Virus record (IMG/VR): IMGVR_UViG_3300029305_003510 | Span: 1 to 64,000 of that record | Length of the DNA: 64,000 bases | DNA from: a virus | Taxonomy: Duplodnaviria > Caudoviricetes | Direction: 5' to 3' (one strand) | Part shown: one piece after another, positions 8,745 to 19,199 of the stretch | How the letters are laid out: every line of letters starts with the position of its first letter | Position numbering within the stretch: position 1 is the stretch's first letter | Made by a program: the position numbers and the translations under genes | The notes under the pieces: generated by a model | Database searches by the model: none | Told to the model about the DNA's origin: nothing | What the model saw: the letters and a program-made list of their open reading frames with translations, nothing else

Positions 8745-9134
8745 ATGTTTACATTGGAGTCAGTTACCAATCTAACTACAATCGATCCTACTGAGATCAC
8801 TGTTAGCACTTCCAGTAAGATTATTGCAACAATCAAACGTGATGATCTTCTTGTGTGTGATTTGCAGAAGATTCTTAAGGAGATTCCTGGTCAGTATAAG
8901 ATCGGTAGTCTTAGATTTTATTCTGATAAAGATGTGCATGATGATGCTATTAATGTAACTTGTGTGGAGATTGATGTTATTCACAATAAAGTTACAAAAG
9001 AAGATAACACAATCTCCACGCCTAGAAATCCAGTATTTGATAATATCGTACCTTGTTCTAATGATACGTCTAGCGTTCCTGAAGGTTATCGCCGTGAAGA
9101 GGGAATGACTGTTTCAGTGAGGACTAGAATATGA
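8745..9134 (+). CDS. Hypothetical protein
   Basis: SD AAGGAGG; ATGA overlap with the next gene. Confidence 0.7.
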   Translation: MFTLESVTNLTTIDPTEITVSTSSKIIATIKRDDLLVCDLQKILKEIPGQYKIGSLRFYSDKDVHDDAINVTCVEIDVIHNKVTKEDNTISTPRNPVFDNIVPCSNDTSSVPEGYRREEGMTVSVRTRI

Positions 9135-9667
9135 GAGTTGTAATTATTGATGATTACTATACCGATATCTCTGCAGAGATGGTAATGGATCCTATGCAAG
9201 ATTACTTCTCCACAGTTATGTATCAGAGAGCACTTGATGCTGAACTTGGTATTGCGAATGATCTTCCTAATAAACTCCGAGAAGTTGCTATAATGGACGA
9301 AGAGCTTGTTGAGATCATTCGTCTTCAGTGTTCCGATGATGAGGTATATGAGCCTGGTTGGATCTTTATTGAGGATTCCATTAAGAATCTCCGTTCCCGT
9401 AGGAACTCCCATAAGCTCAGTATTATGCTAAAGACCCCTGATAATAAGACTCTGCTGATGCTGGTGAATCTCAAGCAGTTAGGATATGGTATCGATAATC
9501 CTATAGAGGATGATACTGTGGTTTGTGAATGGTTGATCTCTACACCGATTCCGCCTGATGGTGGACAAATCGATATCCCAGACTATATCTCCAATAAGTT
9601 CTTGGAGCATATCGCTTTTGTTAGTAATATGAAAAACAAGGAGGAAGTTTTCAATGAACAGCGATAA
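9131..9667 (+). CDS. Hypothetical protein
   Basis: Translationally coupled ORF. Confidence 0.7.
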   Translation: MRVVIIDDYYTDISAEMVMDPMQDYFSTVMYQRALDAELGIANDLPNKLREVAIMDEELVEIIRLQCSDDEVYEPGWIFIEDSIKNLRSRRNSHKLSIMLKTPDNKTLLMLVNLKQLGYGIDNPIEDDTVVCEWLISTPIPPDGGQIDIPDYISNKFLEHIAFVSNMKNKEEVFNEQR

Positions 9668-9818
9668 AACTCTTCGATGTGATACTTATGATGTCACGCG
9701 TCGTGTTAATGAATCTACTGAACCGGCATGTTGTGCTTGGTTGATGGAAAATGTTGTCTGTGGAAACAAATCTGTCGATGATTGTCCTGTTTATGAGCCT
9801 ATGAAAAAAGAGGAGTAA
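9654..9818 (+). CDS. Small Cys-rich hypothetical protein (54 aa)
   Basis: SD AAGGAGG; MNSDKTLRCD...CCAWLMENVVCG...DCPVY. Confidence 0.6.
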   Translation: MNSDKTLRCDTYDVTRRVNESTEPACCAWLMENVVCGNKSVDDCPVYEPMKKEE

Positions 9819-9824
9819 CCTTAT

Positions 9825-10511
9825 ATGAGCAAGGTAGATAAAGGTTTAGGTGGCATCCGAACCTTCAATCCCGTTGTAGGATGTAATATCGGATGTTCTT
9901 ATTGCTATGCAAAACGATTTAATAACAGGTATAAGATCATACCGAAATTCTCTATTCCTACATTCATGGATTATCGACTGCATCAACTTTATGGCCGTAA
10001 AGGTCAAGTCTACCTTGCTACATCCATGAGTGACCTCTCTGGTTGGAAACAGGAATGGAGAGAGCAAATTTTCAAAGCATTCAAAGAAAATCCTCAGCAT
10101 ACTTATCTGCTTCTTACATCTCGTCCTGGCAGGATCATGTTTGATGATATCAAGGATATGAATCATGTCTGGATGGGATGCACCATTAATACAGCTGCTG
10201 ACGCTGAACGCATCGCTTGTATGACTTGGAATGTTCCAGCTAAACACTATTGGATTTGTATAGAACCAATCTTCGAAGATATCGGAGAACTTGACCTCTC
10301 CAAGATCGACTGGATCGTTATTGGTGGTGAAACTGGGCCAAAGAAAGTGGATAAGATTGTGCCTGAAAAAGAATGGATCATGAAGATCGTAAAGCAAGCA
10401 AAGGAGTGGGGAATTCCTGTTGCAATGAAAGAAATGTTAAAAGATATCGTCGGCAAAGATGATTATCTGCAGGAACTACCCAAATCTTTCATGGAAATTC
10501 TGGACCCCTAA
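9825..10511 (+). CDS. DUF5131 / Gp37Gp68-family radical-SAM-like protein
   Basis: NPVVGCNIGCSYCYA (CxxxCxxC), SMSDL, LLLTSRP, IEP and DWIVIGGETG. Confidence 0.85.
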   Translation: MSKVDKGLGGIRTFNPVVGCNIGCSYCYAKRFNNRYKIIPKFSIPTFMDYRLHQLYGRKGQVYLATSMSDLSGWKQEWREQIFKAFKENPQHTYLLLTSRPGRIMFDDIKDMNHVWMGCTINTAADAERIACMTWNVPAKHYWICIEPIFEDIGELDLSKIDWIVIGGETGPKKVDKIVPEKEWIMKIVKQAKEWGIPVAMKEMLKDIVGKDDYLQELPKSFMEILDP

Positions 10512-10519
10512 AATCCCTT

Positions 10520-10532
10520 AACAGCTATATAA
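10520..10532 (+). promoter_or_regulatory. Putative late promoter AACA-N4-TATAA
   Basis: AACAGCTATATAA upstream of the holin-like gene. Confidence 0.65.
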
Positions 10533-10585
10533 TCACCTGATGTGATCTGATTATTTTGTAGCACTGTGAAGGGAGTTGTTTCGTT

Positions 10586-11047
10586 ATGAACTTGCTTGAT
10601 TGGGTGACAGCTATCCTTGGTTTCTTGGGTCCAATTTTAGTTGTGATTGTCTCCGCTAGAATGGAGCGCAACCGGAAAGCGGATGCAAGAGTCAAAGAGC
10701 TGGAGAATGAAAAACGGGCAAAAGAGGATAAAGAACTCAAAGATGCGATACAGGAGATCAAAGATGAAGTTAAAAAGATCAACTCCCGAGTAAATGATCT
10801 TGATAAAGTCATGACTGAGCTCCAGACATTTGACCAAGATACCAAGGATGATCTCCATAACCTTGCACGAACACATCAGTTGTCAAGTACGTATATACAC
10901 CAATTAGCACAACTTGTAACTGTACTCGCTGAAGGTATGCGAGATCAGCACCTTGATGGAAATGTCACGCAAGCTATCAATGAATACCGAAATTTCGAGC
11001 ATACAACGCTTACGAAACTGATGTCCACTTCACCCGTCGAGAAATAA
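10586..11047 (+). CDS. Putative holin-like membrane protein
   Basis: One N-terminal TM helix plus coiled coil; C-terminal GNVT-like motif; late promoter upstream. Confidence 0.5.
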   Translation: MNLLDWVTAILGFLGPILVVIVSARMERNRKADARVKELENEKRAKEDKELKDAIQEIKDEVKKINSRVNDLDKVMTELQTFDQDTKDDLHNLARTHQLSSTYIHQLAQLVTVLAEGMRDQHLDGNVTQAINEYRNFEHTTLTKLMSTSPVEK

Positions 11048-11119
11048 GTCGCCCTGATTGGCGCTACAGTCAGAACAGTTTAGGTGATTACGCACAAAAA
11101 TTTTACAAAGAGTCCAATT

Positions 11120-11156
11120 GAGAAAGACCCGGGGGTAGAGTCCCCGGGTCTTTCTC
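11120..11156. terminator. Intrinsic terminator
   Basis: GAGAAAGACCCGGGG...CCCCGGGTCTTTCTC hairpin. Confidence 0.7.
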
Positions 11157-11184
11157 ATTTCTATTTTACAGAAAGGTTTTGATA

Positions 11185-12257
11185 ATGAATGGAGCCATAT
11201 GGTACTACCGGTTTAAGAAAAAGATTCTAATGGAAAACTTATCAGCCCCTGGGGTGAAATCTGGGGATACTGTCGAGTTTCTACTAAAGATCAAAATACA
11301 GATAGACAAGAAGACGCAATGCTTGAATATGGCGTAGACCCTAAACGAATTTTCATTGAACATGAAAGTGGAAAGAACTTCAATCGGCCCATGTACAAAC
11401 GATTAATACGTGTTGTACGAAAAGGTGATATCATTGTAATCAAATCCATTGATAGACTTGGTCGTAACTATCAAGACATCATAGACCAGTGGAGACTGAT
11501 CACACAAGATATTGGATGTGGTATTCATGTACTGGACATGCCTACTTTGAATACGAGTGGAGATCCGGGCGATTTGCTTAGTAAATTTATCACAGATATG
11601 ATGCTGCAGGTGTTATCGTTTGTTGCAGAAAATGAACGAGAAAATACACTGAAAAGGCAAAAAGAAGGATTAGAAGCTGCTAAGAAACGCGGTAATGTAA
11701 AACTTGGTAGACCGAAAATTAAAATACCATTCGAATTCTGGGAGATCTATATTACCTGGAAAACTGGCGAGGTTAAAACCAAGGATATGATTGCCTTTTG
11801 TCATAATAAATATGGAATGTGTTCCCGCACATTCTATCGACGAATAAGAGAACTTGATCAGAGATATGGTGATATTCGTCCAGATAAATTGCGAGATCTT
11901 ATCGTAGAGGAAGATTTCTGTAATGGAATTGAATTCTCTATGGAAAGATGCGAAAGTGCTCTTGGTATTTATAATCCCTATACAAACGATCCAAGAGTTG
12001 AACATGAAAGAAGAGTGAACAAAAAACAACGTGAAGAAGAGTTAGAAGAAATGTCCATTAAAGAGGAGGAAGAAGAACTTAAGAGAATTATATTAGAGAA
12101 AAGACAAGCCGATTTCAAAGACAAATTTGGTATTACAGATGACCATTTTAAATTGGTTAAACGTGGCAGAATCCCTACTACGCAGAAACAAAAACAAGCA
12201 GTAGAAGATGCAAGAAGAGCATCTACTTCCTCTATTAAAACAATTATCATTGATTAG
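11185..12257 (+). CDS. Serine recombinase (resolvase family) with C-terminal extension; needs a -1 frame change near 11218-11222
   Basis: GYCRVST (catalytic Ser at 11280-11282) is in frame with, but upstream of, ATG 11319. Also ESGKNFNRP, IDRLGRN, AENERE and LGRP. The SD-bearing ATG 11185 is in another frame. Confidence 0.8.
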
Positions 12258-12304
12258 ACATTTCTCCCCTACAAATCACAGTATGTAGGGGTTTACATAG
12301 TTTG

Positions 12305-12317
12305 AACAAGTGTATAA
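12305..12317 (+). promoter_or_regulatory. Putative late promoter AACA-N4-TATAA
   Basis: AACAAGTGTATAA. Confidence 0.65.
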
Positions 12318-12387
12318 TGACACTTTCGAAAGAGTGTACATTGTCAATCGAACCCATTTATTTTTCTAGAAAGGATGACGATCAATC

Positions 12388-12894
12388 ATGAAAGCTTTCA
12401 CTGTTGGCGCTCCCATCGTATCTGCGTCTCTCGTGACCACTAAGGACACTGGTGAAGTTGTCACCAATACCGTGGCTAAGGGTGATACCCTGAGCGGTGT
12501 TGTTCTGGCTGCTCCTCCTGTCCGCTGCCATCCCGGCTGTCCCATTCCTGCCGAGGACATTACCATCGACTCCTGCACTGTCGTTGGCTTTACCATTCGT
12601 TCTCTGCGTGTTCCTCGCGGTGCTACCACCGTTTATGATGGTGTGCCCTCTTATCTCCGTGATCCCGACGGCGCGTGCTTCCATGGCACTCTGGAGGAGA
12701 CTGCTGAGATTAAGGATATCATTGTCGAGATTCCTGCTGAGGAAGAGGGTGCTGCTCCTGTGCATCGCACTATCGACATTGCTCTGATCAAGGATATCGG
12801 CGGTGTTGCTGCTGGTACTACCGAGGATGAGGGCGGTGCCGAAGGCGGCGAGGACGCCGGTGAGGAGACTCCTGAGGACCCTACGGAAGCCTGA
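12388..12894 (+). CDS. Probable highly expressed virion protein with acidic linker-like tail
   Basis: Strong codon bias; late promoter; tail EDEGGAEGGEDAGEETPEDPTEA. Confidence 0.65.
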   Translation: MKAFTVGAPIVSASLVTTKDTGEVVTNTVAKGDTLSGVVLAAPPVRCHPGCPIPAEDITIDSCTVVGFTIRSLRVPRGATTVYDGVPSYLRDPDGACFHGTLEETAEIKDIIVEIPAEEEGAAPVHRTIDIALIKDIGGVAAGTTEDEGGAEGGEDAGEETPEDPTEA

Positions 12895-13829
12895 CCATTG
12901 ATACACCCGAAAAGGCCCAGGCAGCATTAGATGCCGCTACTGACGGCGCAACGATTAAACTGACAGCTGGCGACTATGGTACTCTGTATATTCGCCAGAA
13001 CGATGCAAGCGAAATCGTTTGGACTGGACATGGAGGCGGTAAACTGGGTGGTTACACCAATGGGCGCAAGCGCGTTCTGAAGGATGTTACCATTACCGGT
13101 GAAAAGGGTGTAAATGTGGATAGAATCATTGTTGAAGGTGGTAAATTCTCCTCCAGCAACACGCATTCTAATTCCGCAACTGTTCCCGTTCTCGACAGCT
13201 ACATCGAGCTTGTCAACCTCACCGTTGAAAATATCAATTTCAAGGTGAATAACTTTGCCGCTATCCATGTGCTGAGTAACGGACAGACTAATATCAAGGG
13301 TCTGGCTATCAGAAAATGCACTGTTGCTGGTAGCGGTAATGAAGCTAATACTTCTGAGCGCGTGCTCTATGGTGGCGTGAACCCTAGCACTTACAAGGAT
13401 CTGAATGGTGCTGAGATTCTTACTACCGAATGGACTGATATCGAGATTGCCGACTGCGATGTCTCCGGTGTCCATCAGGTCATCGAGCTCCGCAATGTAA
13501 CGAATCTTGATATCGTTGACAACAACTTCAAGAATATCCGTCAGCGCGATATCCTCCTGGCAGGTACTAGCGTTGATTCTGGTGCAATTAAGGGTGAAAT
13601 CAATATCACTGGCAATACCTCTGATGGTTCCACCGAGCGCTTTCTGCGTGCCAGTGTTGTTCCCGGAAACATCACTGTCAGCAACAACGCTATCACTAAC
13701 TGGGCTGGTGCCGATGAAGACTTCATCAAGATTAGCGGTGCCACAGGTACTATCAATGGCAGCGGTAATACCTATGATGGGCAAATCGTTGAGCTCATTG
13801 ATGGCGTGTGCTTGAAGCCTGCTGTCTAA
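12891..13829 (+). CDS. Parallel beta-helix (pectin-lyase-like) protein; reading frame open from 12876
   Basis: Frame extends upstream of the annotated GTG 13116 as TIDTPEKAQAALDAATDGATIKLTAGDY (beta-helix cap). Repeats include NLTVENINF, LDIVDNNF, INITGNT and ITVSNNAI. Confidence 0.7.
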   Translation: MTIDTPEKAQAALDAATDGATIKLTAGDYGTLYIRQNDASEIVWTGHGGGKLGGYTNGRKRVLKDVTITGEKGVNVDRIIVEGGKFSSSNTHSNSATVPVLDSYIELVNLTVENINFKVNNFAAIHVLSNGQTNIKGLAIRKCTVAGSGNEANTSERVLYGGVNPSTYKDLNGAEILTTEWTDIEIADCDVSGVHQVIELRNVTNLDIVDNNFKNIRQRDILLAGTSVDSGAIKGEINITGNTSDGSTERFLRASVVPGNITVSNNAITNWAGADEDFIKISGATGTINGSGNTYDGQIVELIDGVCLKPAV

Positions 13830-13848
13830 AAACTGAATAAAATAAAAG

Positions 13849-13884
13849 ATCAGGGTGGCGCAATGCCACCCTGATTTCTTTTTA
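13849..13884. terminator. Bidirectional intrinsic terminator
   Basis: ATCAGGGTGGC-GCAAT-GCCACCCTGAT between convergent genes. Confidence 0.7.
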
Positions 13885-14628
13885 TGGAATCGGAATACAC
13901 TTAGCATGTGCGGCAATCATTGTATTGAGATACTTTGTAATCTCATCTACATCTTTACGAGGTATCGGAGTTCTATATGAAATTCTTCCATAATCTCCAG
14001 GGTTTGTATAGATATCACCGGACTCTGTTTTGAAATCAGGCATGTAGAACATATCATAATCCATTATATGCTGTGTCATAATATTAAGCGTCCTTAAATA
14101 TTGCTCATCATCCAGCCCCATATGATTCGGTGATAGTTTCGCTAAAAGTAAAGTTACACTTACAGGAATTACAACGGTTGAAAATGATTTGATCTTTGAA
14201 TATTCAAACGGAAAGATTGCACCAGATGTATTATGTACAATCACTCCTGTATCGTGATGACTATCCATCTCTGCAATCACTTCATCATGAATACAATGTT
14301 CAATAAAAGGATTCACTCGCTGTATAATACTTTCCGTCCAGAACTGATAATCCTCATCACGAAGCATAATAGGATCACCGGGTTTCAATGTTTCACCAGT
14401 CTGCGCTTTTCTCTGCGAAAGAATATCAACCCAGAGTGGATTCTTAAACGGATATGGTACTGTATAGCAACTCCCAGTAAATACATCTCGTCCTTGCGGA
14501 GAAATACCAAGACTGAATGGTCCAGTGCATTCTATATTGTACATATCATCGAACCATTTTGACATTGGCACAAGATGCTCGCGAAGAGATTTATGTATTA
14601 CATTATGTCGACGAATCTCATCATTCAT
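13882..14628 (-). CDS. Hypothetical protein
   Basis: 248-aa ORF with SD AAGGAG. Confidence 0.7.
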   Translation of the reverse strand: MNDEIRRHNVIHKSLREHLVPMSKWFDDMYNIECTGPFSLGISPQGRDVFTGSCYTVPYPFKNPLWVDILSQRKAQTGETLKPGDPIMLRDEDYQFWTESIIQRVNPFIEHCIHDEVIAEMDSHHDTGVIVHNTSGAIFPFEYSKIKSFSTVVIPVSVTLLLAKLSPNHMGLDDEQYLRTLNIMTQHIMDYDMFYMPDFKTESGDIYTNPGDYGRISYRTPIPRKDVDEITKYLNTMIAAHAKCIPIP

Positions 14629-14659
14629 AAGATGTCTCCTTTCTTTTTCTTTGAAATCG

Positions 14660-14688
14660 ATACCACCCGAGATAGTCCCGGGTGGTAT
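14660..14688 (-). terminator. Hairpin/terminator after the portal gene
   Basis: ATACCACCCG..CGGGTGGTAT. Confidence 0.5.
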
Positions 14689-14727
14689 GATTCTAATTTT
14701 CTATATATAAGTTCATGGAAGAATCAA

Positions 14728-17097
14728 TTAAAACTCATCACCGAGATCTTCATCTTCCTCATCTGCAGACATACCTGCAATCTCTTCCTCTTCAGGAGTT
14801 AAAGCATCCGTACTATCAGGATGATCACTCAACCCGTCATTGTTTTCATCACCATATTGGACTTCTCTAATATTTTCCATATATTCACGGATGAGATCAT
14901 TGATCTTAGTCTTCAAAGAATCATCGAGGGCCGTGATATTCACTTCGTTCATAATCTCTTCAAACTCAGCGAAATCAAGATTCGTACGAGACTTCACTAC
15001 ATTATAGATGAATGCAGTACGCTTCTGTTCACTACCTTCAGCATTGAGATCAGGAATAATATCAGCAATATTCTCAGCCAGAGTCTTCACATTATTCAGA
15101 TCATCAATAATATTCTGGATAATAAGGCTCTTTGGCTCAAAGAACTTAACTTCGACCTGCTCATTGCTAATGGCAGTGCGAGTAGCTTCCGATCCCATAA
15201 TACGGAGAACCTCCAGACACATTGCTTCCCATGAGTCATGGAGATCCTGCTGCTCATTACGTATACTGTTACAGATCTGGAGAGATTCCATCGTCAATGT
15301 ACGAGCAAACTGAAGATTACCATTAGTAGCATCCAGAACAGCAGCGTCAAGACCAAAAGATGTAATGATAGAATTTAACAAAGTCTTGAGGAACTCATCA
15401 TTCATATCCACATCCTGGCCTGGAATATAGTCAGTTCTGATATACTGTTGATCATCTTCACCGGTAGGGATAACGATATCAGAAGCGCCATTGAACGGAT
15501 TCATAATCTGCTCAAACGAACCATGCAGTGTACCAAGATTATGATCCGGCATGGCAAGAGATGCCATGGCATTATCCAAATATCTCTGCACATTCGGGGA
15601 TACACCCATACGAACAGTGTGGATCTGTCTACCACGACCACGAAGAACCTTGGTTACAATATTATTCAGAAGCAATGTGGAATAAAGCTTCGTAAAGAAT
15701 ACTGCATTTGTAAGGATCGATTCATTTGCACGGGACATATCGAAGATCTCATCAGCATAATAGAATGTGATTCTCTTATTACCTTTAAAGATCTCATTAT
15801 TCCGAATGAAATCATGCATCAGGTCAATATCTTCAACCCGACTAATACCAAGATTGGGGTCAAACGTATTGATAATACGAGTAGCGAGCTCTTTAGAGAT
15901 AACCTCTTCAGCAGTCTGAGTCGCAGCATTGAGATTCGTAGCACGACTTTTCATCAGCTGATCCTTCAATGCCTGTGCAAAATTAACAACACCAGAAGCG
16001 CTCTCGTTGATATCAGATACATAGAAGTAACCGATAACCTTACCGCCAACTTTCAATTTGAAAAGCTTAGCAGGATCAAAGCGTTTAATCATACAACGCT
16101 GAAGTTTCTTAGCCTTCATATTCTGCACAAGCTGTTCCATCTTTGATGTGTCAACAATTGCAGCTTCATTTAGTGCACTCTCATCACTTGACATAAGATC
16201 ATTGATTCGATATTTACTGTAAGATTCTGCCAGAAGCTCCGCATGGGCATCTTCAACCATGCTGACAACAGGAGAACGCTCGATTACAATATTCATATCG
16301 TTGAGCTTGAAATCGATCGTAGCCTCTGAAATAATAGGAGCTTTTAATCCCAGGCCAGGTTTGGGATTACTATCCTCTTCCACCGCCAAAAAAGTAATAG
16401 GTGCAGAAACTTCATTAATCGTGCCTGTGAGTTTCTCATAGATAAAATCAAGATAATCAATATCTGTCATCTTGGCAGTCGATTCATTCAGACGCTTTTT
16501 CTCTAGCTGAGAAAGCATATGCTCAAACGTCTTATTATAATCTTCAACAAGATAGTATTCCCTGCCGAGCTTATATCGATTGGTATAAACTTCTCGGAGA
16601 AGATTATCAAGAAGCATTTCCTTCTTAATTTGATCAATATCCTTCTGAACCCCATCAGGATCGGCTTCCCCGGTAAACTTGATCACAAAAGTTGTGCTAT
16701 TCTGTACATCGGGGGATAGACATTCATTAACCAAGAAATCAAGCACTCTATTGATCTGGGGGATCAAAATCGGCATAATTTCATAGTCTTTAATGATTGT
16801 GAAATATTTCTTATTCTTTGCATAAAGACTATCCAACAGGGTTCCAAATCCTGCAAAGTCTTTCGTATTACCATTGACAAGTTCAGAGATTGTGGTAAAC
16901 ATCTCCGCATCTCCGGTGGTATTAACAGGAGACGTTCTTTTTTGACCATTAATCGTCTGAGAAGACGACCGATTCATACGAGTCTGTTCAAGTTCTGCAC
17001 TGAGCTGACGGACACGATCTTCCAGCGTTCTTTTTGCCGCTTCAGGAAGATCGGTACTAAGACCGCTGATCAATGCAGTGATAGCAGCATCATTCAC
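14728..17097 (-). CDS. Portal protein (T4 gp20 / phiKZ-like)
   Basis: YEIMPILIPQINRVLDFLVNECLSPD, VIGYFYV, RGRQIHTV and FARTLTMESLQICNSIRNEQ resemble large-myophage portal motifs; late promoter upstream. Confidence 0.7.
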   Translation of the reverse strand: MNDAAITALISGLSTDLPEAAKRTLEDRVRQLSAELEQTRMNRSSSQTINGQKRTSPVNTTGDAEMFTTISELVNGNTKDFAGFGTLLDSLYAKNKKYFTIIKDYEIMPILIPQINRVLDFLVNECLSPDVQNSTTFVIKFTGEADPDGVQKDIDQIKKEMLLDNLLREVYTNRYKLGREYYLVEDYNKTFEHMLSQLEKKRLNESTAKMTDIDYLDFIYEKLTGTINEVSAPITFLAVEEDSNPKPGLGLKAPIISEATIDFKLNDMNIVIERSPVVSMVEDAHAELLAESYSKYRINDLMSSDESALNEAAIVDTSKMEQLVQNMKAKKLQRCMIKRFDPAKLFKLKVGGKVIGYFYVSDINESASGVVNFAQALKDQLMKSRATNLNAATQTAEEVISKELATRIINTFDPNLGISRVEDIDLMHDFIRNNEIFKGNKRITFYYADEIFDMSRANESILTNAVFFTKLYSTLLLNNIVTKVLRGRGRQIHTVRMGVSPNVQRYLDNAMASLAMPDHNLGTLHGSFEQIMNPFNGASDIVIPTGEDDQQYIRTDYIPGQDVDMNDEFLKTLLNSIITSFGLDAAVLDATNGNLQFARTLTMESLQICNSIRNEQQDLHDSWEAMCLEVLRIMGSEATRTAISNEQVEVKFFEPKSLIIQNIIDDLNNVKTLAENIADIIPDLNAEGSEQKRTAFIYNVVKSRTNLDFAEFEEIMNEVNITALDDSLKTKINDLIREYMENIREVQYGDENNDGLSDHPDSTDALTPEEEEIAGMSADEEDEDLGDEF

Positions 17098-17134
17098 GGA
17101 AATCCCTCCTTATTAGGTTTGATGTTGCACCCAA

Positions 17135-17147
17135 TTATAGCGTTGTT
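17135..17147 (-). promoter_or_regulatory. Putative late promoter AACA-N4-TATAA
   Basis: AACAACGCTATAA upstream of the portal gene. Confidence 0.65.
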
Positions 17148-17173
17148 CGCATTATTAATAAAAGAATAGAATC

Positions 17174-17183
17174 TATATATTAT
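17174..17183 (+). promoter_or_regulatory. Putative early promoter TATATATTAT
   Basis: Upstream of the peptidase-primase operon. Confidence 0.55.
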
Positions 17184-17235
17184 ATTTTTAGACCAAACAA
17201 AACACTATTTTACAGAGAAAAGGACGTGACAATTT

Positions 17236-18137
17236 ATGTTATTAAATAATGAGCTTTTAGAAGTGCTGGAAGAAATAAAACACACATCTTTGAGTGATAA
17301 ACAAACCACCATGCTTTATACAGATATACCAGACATTATTAACCGGATTAAAGAGAAAAATCCTGATACCGAATGCGTTTCCTGGACAACATTGGCTATC
17401 AATATTTGGCATCATCTTTTAACTACATGCAAAGTTGATCCTTGCTTTATGCCAAATTTTGTAGTAGATGACTCTCGTCATATTATAAACAATACTGCGA
17501 ACCACTCTTCTTATAGTACACTGGCATCTAACTGTGTTCATTGGAGATGGTATTCTGATGATGACAATGTTTCTAAGTCAATTCAACTCATGATGCCAAC
17601 TGCATATGAAATACGTGTGTATACTCGAGCTTTTGATTCTTATATTAAGGACCATATGTATGTATGCATGATTCTCATGGCAAATACACTATTCCATGAA
17701 TTTGTTCATTTCTTTGACAATTTTGTAGCATGGAAGAAAATATTTACACTGAATCAGATGAAAAATATCTGGAAAATGTTCGACGTATGTATCATCATTA
17801 TAGTGAGTATGACGGCACGTATGAAAATGAGGAATATACAGAATACCGCGCAAATCGGTTTACCTATTTGTGGGCACATGAATTCTTTGATTTTCCGTAC
17901 AATCATAACTTAATGCCAGCTCCACTTGGTAAATATGTGAGCATCATGAGAAATAAGAATCCTGATTATGATCTCATTATATCTACTGTGGAGATGCTCA
18001 TATTAGATCACGATTTAACATTTCATAATCATAATAATGATGAGAAAATGCAACTTGCTATGAGAATCAAAGAAATCACCAAGCAACACAAGAAGTTCGC
18101 TAAGCATAATCCTCAAAAGTTTGTGACTATTATGTAA
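17236..18137 (+). CDS. HEXXH zinc metallopeptidase-like protein split by a -1 frame change (~17737-17740)
   Basis: LFHEFVH lies in ORF 17236..17913; the third-ligand-like EYRANRF lies in overlapping ORF 17730..18137. Confidence 0.55.
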
Positions 18138-18149
18138 AGGAGTGGTAGT

Positions 18150-19199
18150 TTGAAATTACCATTGCTATCTCGCGCTCTGCAAGCAATGGATGGCTATAAA
18201 GAATCTGGTGATGGTACAAATTGCACGATTCGTTGTCCATTCTGTGGTGGTAGTAGTAGTGATACCAGTTCTCTTAGTATTAAGATCGATATACAGCCTG
18301 GTGAACCACTTTGGTACCAGTGTTTTCGCGCATCTTGTGGCAAAAAAGGTGCAATCACATCAACATCCTTACAAGAAATGGGTATTACCAACATGGATGT
18401 ACTCATGGAAGTTGCACGACATAATAGCAACATTGGTGATAATTTTGATAAACCATTTTATGTTCGAGATGCAAAGAACTTTGTCACCGTGAATCTACCA
18501 ATAAATCGAAACAAAGCAAAACTGAAATATATTAATGAACGCCTTGGAACAAAACTCACATTTCAAGATCTATCATTATATAAAATTCAATTGAGTTTAT
18601 TCGATCTACTGAGACAAAACAATATTAGACGGCTATCTGTGAAACAAAGTGCGGCAGAGGCAATCGATGAATATTGTATTGGATTCATCTCCATGTATAA
18701 CGACTATATGATCTGCCGTGATATTACTCCCGATAAGAAAACCGGTATGCGGTATTACACATATCGTATATCCGGAAAGCCTGATCCTGAAGATCTTAAG
18801 ATCTATGCAATCCCGAGAGAAATTGATATTATGGATCCTAAATCTGCTGTAATTAATGTAGCGGAAGGTATTATCAGTATCCTTGGTGCATATCTAAATA
18901 CGGATCTAGGATGTGAGAAACCTAATTCCCTTTGGGCTGCCAATTGCGGATCACAATATGAGAATACAATTATCAGATTGTGTAAACAGTATGGTCTGGT
19001 AAAATGTCGGATCAATATTTGGTCTGATAGTGAAATAAAAATTGGTTTCTATCGGAAACTATATACTAAGTTAAAAGATCGTCTGGATATCCGTAGGTTT
19101 ACCGTGTATTACAATGATGGTGCAGACGATTTTGGTCATAAACGAGAAAACATCAAGATACGTGAAGTGACGTTATATCACAAAGGAGGAAATGAATGA
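18150..19199 (+). CDS. DNA primase (T4 gp61/DnaG-like)
   Basis: Zn ribbon CPFCG...CFRASCG; TOPRIM VAEG, WSD and DDFG. Confidence 0.8.
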   Translation: MKLPLLSRALQAMDGYKESGDGTNCTIRCPFCGGSSSDTSSLSIKIDIQPGEPLWYQCFRASCGKKGAITSTSLQEMGITNMDVLMEVARHNSNIGDNFDKPFYVRDAKNFVTVNLPINRNKAKLKYINERLGTKLTFQDLSLYKIQLSLFDLLRQNNIRRLSVKQSAAEAIDEYCIGFISMYNDYMICRDITPDKKTGMRYYTYRISGKPDPEDLKIYAIPREIDIMDPKSAVINVAEGIISILGAYLNTDLGCEKPNSLWAANCGSQYENTIIRLCKQYGLVKCRINIWSDSEIKIGFYRKLYTKLKDRLDIRRFTVYYNDGADDFGHKRENIKIREVTLYHKGGNE

